Positions 20,217 through 29,488 are shown, numbered from the whole stretch's first letter. The stretch is 63,667 nt of DNA, filler included, from Bacteroidales bacterium (GCA_035389045.1; 7 parts of 5 records of this genome joined end to end with filler, not necessarily neighbours in it), one strand, 5' to 3'. Program-made: numbers and translations. Notes: generated by a model not told the origin, from the letters alone.

Positions 20217-22092
20217 AAATATTCACGCTGCTGATATTGCTTACCTGGTATATGGGGGCTATGGTGTACCCCAGGTTCACCGAGTCGGCGGTGGAAAGCA
20301 ACGACATAAAATCCAGGCCTTTGGAAAAATAAACAGAAACCTCAGTTTTCAGGATTTTGAAAAAAGTGTTATCGGCGCCTAACTCAATATTGTACAGGTG
20401 TTCAGGTTTTATGGCCGGGTTGGCCACCCTGAATCCGTAGCGGCTTTGTTCTGAACGGCAGAGGTCGTCGAGCACCGGCGCACGAAAACCCCGGGCTATG
20501 GAAATATACATTTTCATGCTGGGAAGCGGGCTATACTGAAGGGTCAATTTAGGATTGATGGAGATCCAGAACCGGGGATCAATGCCATCAAACTGAAAAC
20601 CGGTGAGATACTCCACGCTGTATGAAGGGTGTTCGATGGCGAAGGTTGCATCATGGAACATTGCACCATCAGCACGCAGCCCCGCCAACAGGTTCCATTT
20701 GTCTTTTCCGAAGGTAAGTTTATCCTGAACAAATAAGGCATAGGTATTCATGGTGCCGCTGTTGCTGATAAGGTCGGTGGATGTATAATAGATATCCTTT
20801 CCGTTAACCTTTCCGATTTTTGCCTCTCCGCCAAACGTTATTTCGTTTTTCTTTCCGACCGGAGATTCAGCCCATATACGCAAGCCATAATCTTCTCTCC
20901 GTGAATCCACCTCATACAACGTATAAGCGCCATCGCTGTAATACTCATTCATACGGAAAAATTTTTCGTATAGGCCGTAAACGTTGGAATATAGCCGCCA
21001 GTTTTTCACCTGCCCCTTATATTTGATAAAAGCCCGGTACGTATCGCGTTCGGTATTTGACCCGACGTCTTCATAAATTTTTACACCACGCCCCCGGATA
21101 TCATTAAAATACTGAAATGATAACTCTATGGTATTGTTTTCGTTGATATAATATCCCAGCGAACCTCCGGCAAACCACTCTTTGAGAAAAACCGGCACCA
21201 CAATGGAATCATTTTCTTTAATGATCTCATCCGGCGTATTGATGTATCCATCGCTGACATGATGATTAAAAAAAGTCTTCCAGAAAAACAATCCTTTGTA
21301 AAACGACCCGGACAGATCGGTTTTTAATTCAAGCGTTTTAAAGGTTCCGGAAGAAAGGCTGATTTTACCGCTTAGCTTACCGTCGGGAGGTTTGCTCATC
21401 ATATTGATGATGCCGCCCATAGCATTTGATCCGTAAAGCGCTGAACCGGGGCCTTTGATAATCTCAATTTTGCCAATGTTGTCTTTATCAATAATGTTCC
21501 AGTTTACCGATCCTCCATCAGTTTTGTTGAGCGGCACACCATCATACACGATCAGCGTACCGGTCTGCGAACCGCCTCCAATGCCCCGCAACGCCACCAC
21601 GGTGGTGGAGGAAAAAATACCAAACTCATTGCTGACGTTGACACCCGAGACGGCATCAAATAATTTACTGGCTGATATAGATGGAATACGTTTAATTTCC
21701 TGTTCATCCATTAGTTTGGTCCTTACAGGTATATCTATCTGATCAAAGTTGTTGCCGCTTTCAGTCCGGATAACGACTCCGTCAATAGTTACATAAGCTT
21801 TTGCCAGTACAAAATCAAGTTTCAGTACCGTATCATGGTCAAGCACGATATTTTGAGATACAGGTGCATAACCCACATGAGTAAGTTCCATTTGATAGGA
21901 ACCTTTTTTTACTGAGTTTATCATGTAGTAGCCCGATTCGTTGGAAATAGTTCCGAACCGGGTACCTTTCAAAATCACGTTTACATCCATAATTGGCTTA
22001 TGGTTACTATCCATAATGTAACCCTCAACAGACTGAGCTGGTACGGCAATAGCCATAAAAACAAGGACAATATATGATGCGATTTTTCTCAT
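20217..22092 (-). CDS. TonB-dependent receptor, 3'-truncated
   Basis: N-terminal carboxypeptidase-regulatory-like domain; plug LRGIG...DGVPL...IEIIKGPGSALYGSNAMGGIIN; barrel motifs GFRAP and NPAIKPE. Confidence 0.93.
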
Positions 22093-22094
22093 CT

Positions 22095-22130
22095 AAAAAA
22101 AGACTGTCAGCAGGATCACTGCCGACAGTC
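22095..22130 (-). terminator. Intra-operon stem-loop with U-tract immediately before the TBDR start
   Basis: Minus strand gactgtcggcag-tgatc-ctgctgacagtc-ttttttt-ag-ATG. Confidence 0.7.
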
Positions 22131-22156
22131 GCAATTAACAAAATATTCCTGTAAAA

Positions 22157-23563
22157 TTAGTCAATTAATATTTTTCTGCTGACAACTTTTGATTCATTTT
22201 TGAAATGCAGAAGAACAATATACAAACCAGAATCAAAACTATTTACATTTACTTTCACCCATTCCTTCTGTTTATCCGAAGAATAGACTCTGGCACCGAG
22301 CATATTATATATTTCAGTTTTAGTTATTGTTTCGGAAGATTCAATATTAAGAATGTCCTGACACGGGTTGGGGTATATATTTACATTGTTTTCATATATG
22401 AAATTTGATATTCCGGCTGTGTTTGTACCCGTAACGACAATATCATCAATCTTTGAAACTCCCAGAGAATCAACATCTGCTCCCCCGGTACTTTCATTGG
22501 AAGTCATGACCCAGCGCAGATATACTGAAGTTGTACCCGGATCGTCCACTTCATCGGGCAGAGCCAGTTCATTAAGCGCTCCCGACCAGTCGTTGGCCAC
22601 GGTGATATTTCCTCCGGTAACATCCGTCCATGTGCCTGATCCTCCGAGCTTGTACTGTAATTTCCAGTATTTCGGCCCGGGATTTGTTCCTCCCGACCGC
22701 TGTTTCGATGATACTTTCATATCTATATAATCATCAGCTTTGAATTTTATAGACCAGAATTTAAAATTTGCTCCGTCATTCCAGCCTGCAGCAGTAGCAG
22801 AATAATTTGTGCTCCCGTTAGTATATTCCAGTGTTCTTACCACTGCCGAATCATCTTCGGCCCTGATATCATAGGTAAGGTTGTTAGCCAGCCCGAAATC
22901 GGCATTGAATTCCAAACCGCTGGTATCCGCAAAATTAAACCCGATAATGGTGTCACCGGTAGCCACAGGAAGATCTTCCGTTCCTAAAATAACAATATCA
23001 TCTATGAGTGATTTCCCTGCAGCAAGGACATCAACATTATTCGTTGACGTGTTGGAAGTCATTATCCAGCGGATATAAATAGAAGTGCCGCCCGGAACGG
23101 TTACCGGTATGGAAAGCCCTGATACCACACCTCCTGCCCAGTCATTGGTACATGTTACGGTTCCACCTGTAATATCAGTCCATGGTATTGCCCCCCATTT
23201 ATACTGTACCTTCCAGTCTTTAGGGCCAAAATCCGTTGCATCAGATCTTTGTTTGGAATATAATACCAGGTCATGATAACCTTCGGCTTTGAATTTAATG
23301 GACCAGAATTTTGTGGCATTGCCATTATCCCAGTTTGTAACCATTTCGGCATAGGTTGCATTGCCGGGTACGATCTGTGTTGCTCCCGTGCCACCTTCAT
23401 GCATGATCGTTCTTGAACCCACATTGTCGGCAATTCCTGCATCGGCAACGGTATCTGCCAGTCCTCCCGTCGGAAATGTCCATGCTACAATCGTGTCCTG
23501 TGCCTGAGCTATAAATGACGTCAGAGCAAAAGACACCGCGATAAAAAGTAATCTTTTTTTCAT
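22157..23563 (-). CDS. T9SS-secreted protein with two tandem copies of a ~180-aa domain
   Basis: Signal peptide; KFWSIKFKA...SKQRS...GPKxWKxQYK...RWxMTSN...IDDIV occurs twice; CTD IYPNPCQD...GLYIV...RKILID. Confidence 0.88.
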   Translation of the reverse strand: MKKRLLFIAVSFALTSFIAQAQDTIVAWTFPTGGLADTVADAGIADNVGSRTIMHEGGTGATQIVPGNATYAEMVTNWDNGNATKFWSIKFKAEGYHDLVLYSKQRSDATDFGPKDWKVQYKWGAIPWTDITGGTVTCTNDWAGGVVSGLSIPVTVPGGTSIYIRWIMTSNTSTNNVDVLAAGKSLIDDIVILGTEDLPVATGDTIIGFNFADTSGLEFNADFGLANNLTYDIRAEDDSAVVRTLEYTNGSTNYSATAAGWNDGANFKFWSIKFKADDYIDMKVSSKQRSGGTNPGPKYWKLQYKLGGSGTWTDVTGGNITVANDWSGALNELALPDEVDDPGTTSVYLRWVMTSNESTGGADVDSLGVSKIDDIVVTGTNTAGISNFIYENNVNIYPNPCQDILNIESSETITKTEIYNMLGARVYSSDKQKEWVKVNVNSFDSGLYIVLLHFKNESKVVSRKILID

Positions 23564-23606
23564 AATTTTTTGTTTTTGATTAACACTGTGTTTATATATT
23601 TAAATA

Positions 23607-24563
23607 TTACATTTGAATTTTCATTGAGAACAAAACACTTCCTGTTGTATCCAGGTCGGCCTGATGAACATAGATCATCCCTTTTTTCCCGGCTGCGGTC
23701 ATAAACGGGATCAGCGTTCCGCTGGTTGCCCATTTATATTTCTTTTTTCCCCATACATCGTCATACGTAACGATAAGCAAACTGTCGTTGTGGGCATTAT
23801 TAAACGCTGTTGCATTCAATCCGCTATGCACAGAAATGTCGTATTTGGTATAATTTCGTGTTGTCCAGTTCACCAGGCCGGGGTAATAAATATCATAGAG
23901 ATCCCCAGTTGCGGTAGTTTCTTCACCCGGTGATGAAAATGTCGGTGAAGGCAACAAAACACCATTGTCGTCTTTCCAGTTGAAATAGGTGAGAAAATCC
24001 ACTTTATCCTGATGCAACGATGCTGAATCGTCAAAATAAACCTTGTTCAGCAGGGGAAGAAAATAGTGGCCATAGGAATTGTTTAACTGGTAACCCATTC
24101 TGATGTTGGAAAATTCATAAATCCCCCCGAACTGTGAGTTGGGATCTTTGATGATGGTAAGAGATACGGTCGCTTCATTACGGTTCCGGTCCATCACCGC
24201 AAAAGTCCATTCCACCTGGTCTTCCACATTCTGATAATAAGTCAGCCCGGTGACAAAACCTGCGGAATTCAGCCCCGAATCCAGAACTGTTTTCATATTA
24301 CCATTATAGTATTTCTTAACCGTAAAGTTGGTAAGGTTGGCATCAGGCCCATTGGCTTGCACCTTAAAACGGATGGGTTGTCCGATGGCCAAGGTATCCC
24401 CATCATGGTTGCATCCTGATTCAAAAATCAGGCTTATAGTTGGTGGCAGCGGATCGGTTTTTTTCTTGCAACCATAAAAACATAACGTGGCGACAATACA
24501 CAAAGTGATGATTTTCAGCCTATATCCTGAAAAAGAAAATTTACGAATGTTTTTGATAATCAT
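23607..24563 (-). CDS. Hypothetical lipoprotein
   Basis: Lipobox LCFYG-C-KKK; beta-rich; C-terminal FMTAAGKKGMIYV resembles TBDR-associated Bacteroidota surface lipoproteins. Confidence 0.7.
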   Translation of the reverse strand: MIIKNIRKFSFSGYRLKIITLCIVATLCFYGCKKKTDPLPPTISLIFESGCNHDGDTLAIGQPIRFKVQANGPDANLTNFTVKKYYNGNMKTVLDSGLNSAGFVTGLTYYQNVEDQVEWTFAVMDRNRNEATVSLTIIKDPNSQFGGIYEFSNIRMGYQLNNSYGHYFLPLLNKVYFDDSASLHQDKVDFLTYFNWKDDNGVLLPSPTFSSPGEETTATGDLYDIYYPGLVNWTTRNYTKYDISVHSGLNATAFNNAHNDSLLIVTYDDVWGKKKYKWATSGTLIPFMTAAGKKGMIYVHQADLDTTGSVLFSMKIQM

Positions 24564-24684
24564 ATCGGTAAATGTTTATTTATACCTTTTTACAAGCATC
24601 AGAATAAAACCTTTTTGGAAATGCAAATTCCTGCATATCGGGTGCGAAATTATAAAAAAATGTAACATTACCCATACAATAAAA

Positions 24685-25683
24685 TCAGTTGATTTGTTTT
24701 TGAGGCAGGGCATATTTTTTAAGTTCCCCGGGTATCTTATCGTAAGTATTTGTCGGTGCGGGCACAACAGAGTGTTGGCCATTGGCTTCCAAAATGGCCA
24801 TTCCCCCATCCGAATCGAGAAAATACGTTAAAAAAGTTATAGCAAGATCATAATTTCTTGCATTTTGTGGAATGGTAAGTCCATAGACCATGGGAGCGCC
24901 TTTTTCAATTATTTTTTCTCCGGGTTTTTTACCCGCGGTTTCTATGCTTACTGTTGCATATACATCTGATAGCTCTTCGGACTTCAAATTGATCTCATCC
25001 GGAAGTATGAGATATTTCAGCTTATGTTGCTCAGCCACCGAGCGGTACAAAAAAATATAATCCGCAACATTTGATTCCAGAAGGGCTATCAGGTCGGTTT
25101 CTTTGGGACGGATATAATTATTGTCTTTAGCGAGCATTTTTTTTGAAAGGCCGCGTACTTTATAGTATTCCTGCGCAAGTTTCATGGTCAGCACTGCCCT
25201 GACACCGCAGGGATCGCTCTCGGGGTCGCTGCGTCCGAAAACCACGTCCTTTTTAAGTAATATGTTGAACCAGTTATCTTTATTGATCTCGCTGGCATAG
25301 CGGGATTGGGCCGTATAAACAATAGCCATTTCATTGGTTGCAAACTTAATATTCCAGGATGCCCATTCGGGTATTAACAAGTCATCAATCACCTTATAAT
25401 CAGATGAAAGCAAAATATCACAGTTCCTGTTCAGGTCTCTTATTTTTCGGGCGCAATCCTTGCTGCCTGCAGCTTCGGTAAGTACTTTCACCTTGGGATG
25501 GCGTATCTTAAACGAATCACAAACCGCTTTTACAGGATACGACAGGCTGCCGGCATGAAAGATGACTAATTCGCCTTTCAGTGTGTCACTGTTTTCCCCC
25601 GCCTGATTTTTATTCTTGTTCGAATTGCCACATGAACTGATCATTGCAACTGTAGCCAAAATCAGTAGAACAAACTTTTTCAT
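24685..25683 (-). CDS. wtpA: Tungstate/molybdate ABC transporter substrate-binding lipoprotein, WtpA type
   Basis: IFHAGSLS...EAAGSKDCARKI...SSDYKVID...FATNEMAIVYT...GRSDPESDPCG...RPKETDL...YRSVA...YGLTIP matches WtpA rather than classical ModA; lipobox ISSC; TATTTTTG promoter element at 25708-25701. Confidence 0.85.
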   Translation of the reverse strand: MKKFVLLILATVAMISSCGNSNKNKNQAGENSDTLKGELVIFHAGSLSYPVKAVCDSFKIRHPKVKVLTEAAGSKDCARKIRDLNRNCDILLSSDYKVIDDLLIPEWASWNIKFATNEMAIVYTAQSRYASEINKDNWFNILLKKDVVFGRSDPESDPCGVRAVLTMKLAQEYYKVRGLSKKMLAKDNNYIRPKETDLIALLESNVADYIFLYRSVAEQHKLKYLILPDEINLKSEELSDVYATVSIETAGKKPGEKIIEKGAPMVYGLTIPQNARNYDLAITFLTYFLDSDGGMAILEANGQHSVVPAPTNTYDKIPGELKKYALPQKQIN

Positions 25684-25824
25684 ATCTCAACTATTTCCTG
25701 CAAAAATAATATTTAATTGGATATGAACATCATTGCATAACCGTATGGACTGAATGTTTTTTTAATAACAGAACCCATTTTTCAGAAAATTTGAAATTTT
25801 TCTTTGTCGCAAGTTAAAAATGAT

Positions 25825-25832
25825 TACTTTTG
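25825..25832 (+). promoter_or_regulatory. Bacteroidota -7 promoter element for the tRNA pair
   Basis: TACTTTTG 12 nt before the tRNA; TTTG (-33-like) at 25803-25806. Confidence 0.65.
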
Positions 25833-25843
25833 CACCCACCTTT

Positions 25844-25927
25844 GCCCAGGTGGTGAAATTGGTAGACACGCCAGCTTGAGGGGCTGGTGCCCGTACGGGT
25901 GTGCAAGTTCGAGTCTTGTCCTGGGCA
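25844..25927 (+). tRNA. tRNA-Leu(GAG)
   Basis: Acceptor GCCCAGG/CCTGGGC; D-loop TGGTAGAC; anticodon arm CCAGC-TTGAGGG-GCTGG; long variable arm; T-loop GTTCGAGT. Confidence 0.95.
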
Positions 25928-25944
25928 CAACAAAAAGCTATCCT

Positions 25945-26006
25945 GCCCGGATGGCGGAATTGGTAGACGCGCTAGTTTCAGGGACTAGTATTCGTAAGGA
26001 TGTGCA
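25945..26006 (+). tRNA. tRNA-Leu(CAG), 3'-truncated at contig end
   Basis: GCCCGGATGGCGGAATTGGTAGACGCG; anticodon arm CTAGT-TTCAGGG-ACTAG; the contig ends at the start of the T-arm. Confidence 0.9.
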
Positions 26007-26106
26007 NNNNNNNNNNNNNNNNNNNNNNNNNNNNNNNNNNNNNNNNNNNNTTAATTAATTAANNNNNNNNNNNNNNNNNNNNNNNNNNNNNNNNNNNNNN
26101 NNNNNN
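26007..26106. other. Artificial contig linker
   Basis: 44 N + TTAATTAATTAA + 44 N. Confidence 0.97.
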
Positions 26107-26596
26107 AAATGATAAAGCTTCAATTACAACTAGCTAATTTGCAATCAGTTTAAAAAGATGTCATTGGTAGCCGGACACAGCGTGGCAATGAGAATTGAGT
26201 CCGTGTCGAAGTGTGACATACAACGGTCGTCTTCGACAATCTTCTCCTTCCACTTTCGTTTCAGGAGAAGCTGCTCTGACTGACCGTGGTTTTGTTCTTT
26301 TTGACTATATGTAAAAAAGTTGTTTCCCATAATGTTAATCTCTTTGAAAACCACAAATGATTGGTCTTTATCAATTTTTTTATGCGAAACTTCAGTTATA
26401 TTTATACAACAGCACCTGCTTTTTTTCACAGAAATTTCAAAATTTTTTTCTGTAATGTTTTTTTTGTAATTTAGTAAGACTTTTCACTAGTTTATTGAGT
26501 ATAAAACAATTTATAATGTTTACCCTCAGGCAAGCTTTTTTATAAAACATTTCATTATTTTGTGAATTATCAATAATAATCAAGTATATATCAGTT

Positions 26597-27778
26597 ATGG
26601 GAACAATATCTATGAGTACATTAAAATCATCCATTGATAAAGAATTGTTGGCTTTATATAAAATCGATACTAAAAGTAAGATGTGGGAAGAAAAGTGGAT
26701 AATAATTGAAGAGCAATTAAAATGTTATTCACAAATCCATGTAAAGCAGTGGCCTGCGGTTCCGGAACAAACTGATGGTGATGATATCACCGGAAAAACA
26801 ATTTCATATTATAAAAAAAAACTTTGTTTAGCGAAAACAGAAAAGAAATTTTCAATTAATTATTACATAAAAGCGCTTGATAGTTTTTATTTATATGAAG
26901 TTCTTTTCAGGCACAAGAATAATTACATAGAATGGAACTTGCGATGGATAAAACATTACAAATTCATAAAAGGAGTTATTAAATATATCATTAAGCAAAC
27001 AGAATGGCCCGATGATTTATATCATGATTGCCTTATAAAATTTATTGAGACGATTAAGAAAGAAAAAAAGGATTTTAATAAAGATCCATTTTTACCTTAT
27101 TTCGAAAAAATTTGTAGTAACAAACATAAAGATGAAAAAAAGAAATCAACAAAGCAACCTAAAACTGTCGTAATTGATGCTGGCATGGATAAAAAAGAGG
27201 ATACTGATGTTGAAGGTTTTTTATGCCACTTATCTAATAAAAACGAGACTTTTTTTTATGGAACAAGTAGATTTAGTCCAGATGATAAATTGAAGTTTAT
27301 TGATGTGATGAGACAAATTATAGAAAGGGCAAGTGATCCGCACATTTCTCTCACTTTTTTAGTTGAAAAGCTTTATTTATCACCAAAGGGTGGAAAGATT
27401 TATATATTAGATGAAAGTAATAAAATAGTAGAAGATGAAAATGAAAAGTTTGTAACAGTAAACGTAAATAAAGCCTATATGGAACTTTTCGGCAATAAAA
27501 CCTTATTTGAAATACAAGCTTTTTTTCTGAATTATATGGATAGTCTTGGTTATGTTCTTAAAGAAAAAGATTTAAAAAACATCAATGATAAATTATTTCA
27601 GTACAAGGATGGTAAAATGTTTGGAGACAAACAATTGGCGGAATTTTATAATGGTTTAAAAGACCCCATACATGCAATTGAAATGTGGATAAATAGATTT
27701 CAAGATAGTATCAATGATTTAACTATAGACTCAAATGGAAAAGAAAAATCAAAAAATAAAAAAAATGTTAAAAGCTAA
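26597..27778 (+). CDS. Hypothetical protein with ECF sigma-70 region-2-like segment
   Basis: DDLYHDCLIKFIE...DPFLPYFEKICSNKHKDEKKK resembles the ECF pattern EDLxQDxFxK...FxxWLxxIxxNxxxDxxRK; overlaps a zinc anti-sigma-like gene. Confidence 0.55.
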   Translation: MGTISMSTLKSSIDKELLALYKIDTKSKMWEEKWIIIEEQLKCYSQIHVKQWPAVPEQTDGDDITGKTISYYKKKLCLAKTEKKFSINYYIKALDSFYLYEVLFRHKNNYIEWNLRWIKHYKFIKGVIKYIIKQTEWPDDLYHDCLIKFIETIKKEKKDFNKDPFLPYFEKICSNKHKDEKKKSTKQPKTVVIDAGMDKKEDTDVEGFLCHLSNKNETFFYGTSRFSPDDKLKFIDVMRQIIERASDPHISLTFLVEKLYLSPKGGKIYILDESNKIVEDENEKFVTVNVNKAYMELFGNKTLFEIQAFFLNYMDSLGYVLKEKDLKNINDKLFQYKDGKMFGDKQLAEFYNGLKDPIHAIEMWINRFQDSINDLTIDSNGKEKSKNKKNVKS

Positions 27779-28382
27779 GGGTTCAAAGTGCAAAAAAGAT
27801 GATGAAATATGGAAATTCCTTAAGAACGAGATGTCGGATGAAGAAGAGGCCTTATTCACGCTTCACCTGACCGAATGCGACCTCTGCCTTGAACTAACGA
27901 AACAGTATCTCCAGTTAAAAAAAGAAGTGGATATAATGTCGGCTGTGAATGTGGCTGATACCGGAAAAACCGTTTCAATTGTTAGCCAAATAAAGGAAAT
28001 GCTGGATGGGCTAAAAAACAAAATCTCCACAGAAATAGAAAAGAACCTGAGATTGCTGCAAACATATGGAGATGCCTGGTTCAATGAAAAACAGATGCTG
28101 CCTCTTATGGCTACTAAAGGTAAAAATAAAAAAGCAGGGGAAATAAACCTCGCCTATAATAAAGGGAATATAAAAAAGGATTTTGAATTTGAATATTCTG
28201 ATGAAAGCAAGGAATTAAGGATCTGGTCGGATAATATACATGCAAATAAAAAAGTTTTCGTTTTTGGAATTGATAAACCTTATTATTTTGAATATTCTTT
28301 ATTTGAACCGTCATTAGGAAAATACAGAGCGCTTTTCCGCAAGGTAAAAGGAAAAAAGTTTGTTGTTTATCTGGAAAAATAA
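27765..28382 (+). CDS. zf-HC2 zinc-finger anti-sigma-like protein
   Basis: C...IWKFLKNEMSDEEEALFTLHLTECDLC contains HxxxCxxC; no TM helix seen; start at 27765 (27735 is an alternative). Confidence 0.75.
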   Translation: MLKAKGSKCKKDDEIWKFLKNEMSDEEEALFTLHLTECDLCLELTKQYLQLKKEVDIMSAVNVADTGKTVSIVSQIKEMLDGLKNKISTEIEKNLRLLQTYGDAWFNEKQMLPLMATKGKNKKAGEINLAYNKGNIKKDFEFEYSDESKELRIWSDNIHANKKVFVFGIDKPYYFEYSLFEPSLGKYRALFRKVKGKKFVVYLEK

Positions 28383-28440
28383 ATCGGCTGCCCGGTTTTT
28401 TCTGCCTTATCTGATAGCTTATGATAAAATCATTTTATGT

Positions 28441-28563
28441 AGTGTCTAAACGAAAACTCCATTTTCTTCGTTATGCTTGCTCCAAAAATGCTCATTTACC
28501 CCAGTAAACTCCGCTTTTTGTCGCTTCGCAAGCCTCGAAACTGAACTTTTCGTTTCAGACACT
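28441..28563. mobile_element. MITE-like long imperfect hairpin element
   Basis: Terminal IR agtgtct-aaacgaaaa / ttttcgtttcagacact; internal hairpin caaaaatgc..tttac-ccca-gtaaa..gctttttg. Confidence 0.6.
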
Positions 28564-29136
28564 GGGTTTTCGCTCAAACACAATGTAGCAAAGCATTTCC
28601 TTATCATTTGCTTATTGTTTGTTGCATGTAATTACCGAAATAACAGTTATGAAAAAGGCGACAAAATAAAGGGTAGAATAATTGCTGTGGTTGACGGCGA
28701 CACCTATGATATTTTACTAAAAAACAAAAGAAAAATACGGGTCCGTATGGAGGGGATTGATGCTCCTGAAAAGGGAATGTCTTTTTACAGGGCAGCAAAA
28801 AATCACCTGGCACGGCTGTGTCTTTTAAAGACGGCTACGGTAAAGATTACGGGCAGGGATAAGCACGAAAGGTTTTTGGGGTTTACATATCTTGACGATG
28901 GCACAGAGTTGAGCCACGAGATGATAAAATCCGGACTGGCATGGCATTTTAAGAAATACAACTCCGATGCAGACCTTTCTGCCCTGGAAAAGGAAGCAAA
29001 AAAATCCGCTGTGGGCTTGTGGAGCGAAAAAAATCCTGTCGCACCCTGGGAAATCAGAAAACTCAGAAGAAACGGTAATACCTCCCAAAAATCGTCCGGA
29101 ATAAATTACCATCAGGGTGCGAAAACCGATAATTAG
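28477..29136 (+). CDS. Thermonuclease (SNase-like) family protein; start uncertain
   Basis: VVDGDT, VRMEGIDAPE, GRDKHERFLG, MIKSGLAW, GLWSEKNPVAPWE; lipobox-like LLFVAC; the predicted TTG start lies inside the repeat element. Confidence 0.9.
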   Translation: MLQKCSFTPVNSAFCRFASLETELFVSDTGFSLKHNVAKHFLIICLLFVACNYRNNSYEKGDKIKGRIIAVVDGDTYDILLKNKRKIRVRMEGIDAPEKGMSFYRAAKNHLARLCLLKTATVKITGRDKHERFLGFTYLDDGTELSHEMIKSGLAWHFKKYNSDADLSALEKEAKKSAVGLWSEKNPVAPWEIRKLRRNGNTSQKSSGINYHQGAKTDN

Positions 29137-29340
29137 TGACTGTCCATAAAGTCAGAGTTTGAACCAGAATGTTCGAGTTCGAGGCCTGCCCGTCCGTAGC
29201 CTGAGCACAGGCGGGCGGACTTTCGTAGTCTTGAAAATCAAGGAGTTTACTATGATAAACGACTGTTTTCAAGACAAGAGTAACCCTGCCCGACTGGCGT
29301 CAGTCAGGCGGGGAAGAAATCGGACATTATGGACAAACTC
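29136..29340. mobile_element. MITE-like hairpin element carrying two nested REP-like palindromes
   Basis: Terminal IR gtgactgtccataaagtc / gacattatggacaaactc flanked by TA; internal IR gtcttgaaaa/ttttcaagac; nested cctgcccg...caggcggg units at 29185-29215 and 29285-29312. Confidence 0.65.
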
Positions 29341-29462
29341 TAATTAATCCCTTCTGTATATTTAGAAATTGTTTTTATCACATAAACTGATTTATTCACA
29401 AATATAGCAAATTATTTATCAAAAAAAAATACAAAAAAAATATTTTTTAATAAAACATTTTG

Positions 29463-29470
29463 TAAGTTTG
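29463..29470 (+). promoter_or_regulatory. Bacteroidota -7 promoter element for the tubulin/actin/ZorAB-like operon
   Basis: TAAGTTTG about 19 nt upstream of the ATG at 29489. Confidence 0.6.
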
Positions 29471-29488
29471 CTTCAAGAATACAAAAAA

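Noticed and set aside
26145..26429. Small minus-strand ORF divergent from the sigma-like gene
   Set aside because: No recognisable motif and close to a contig edge; cannot be supported or excluded.
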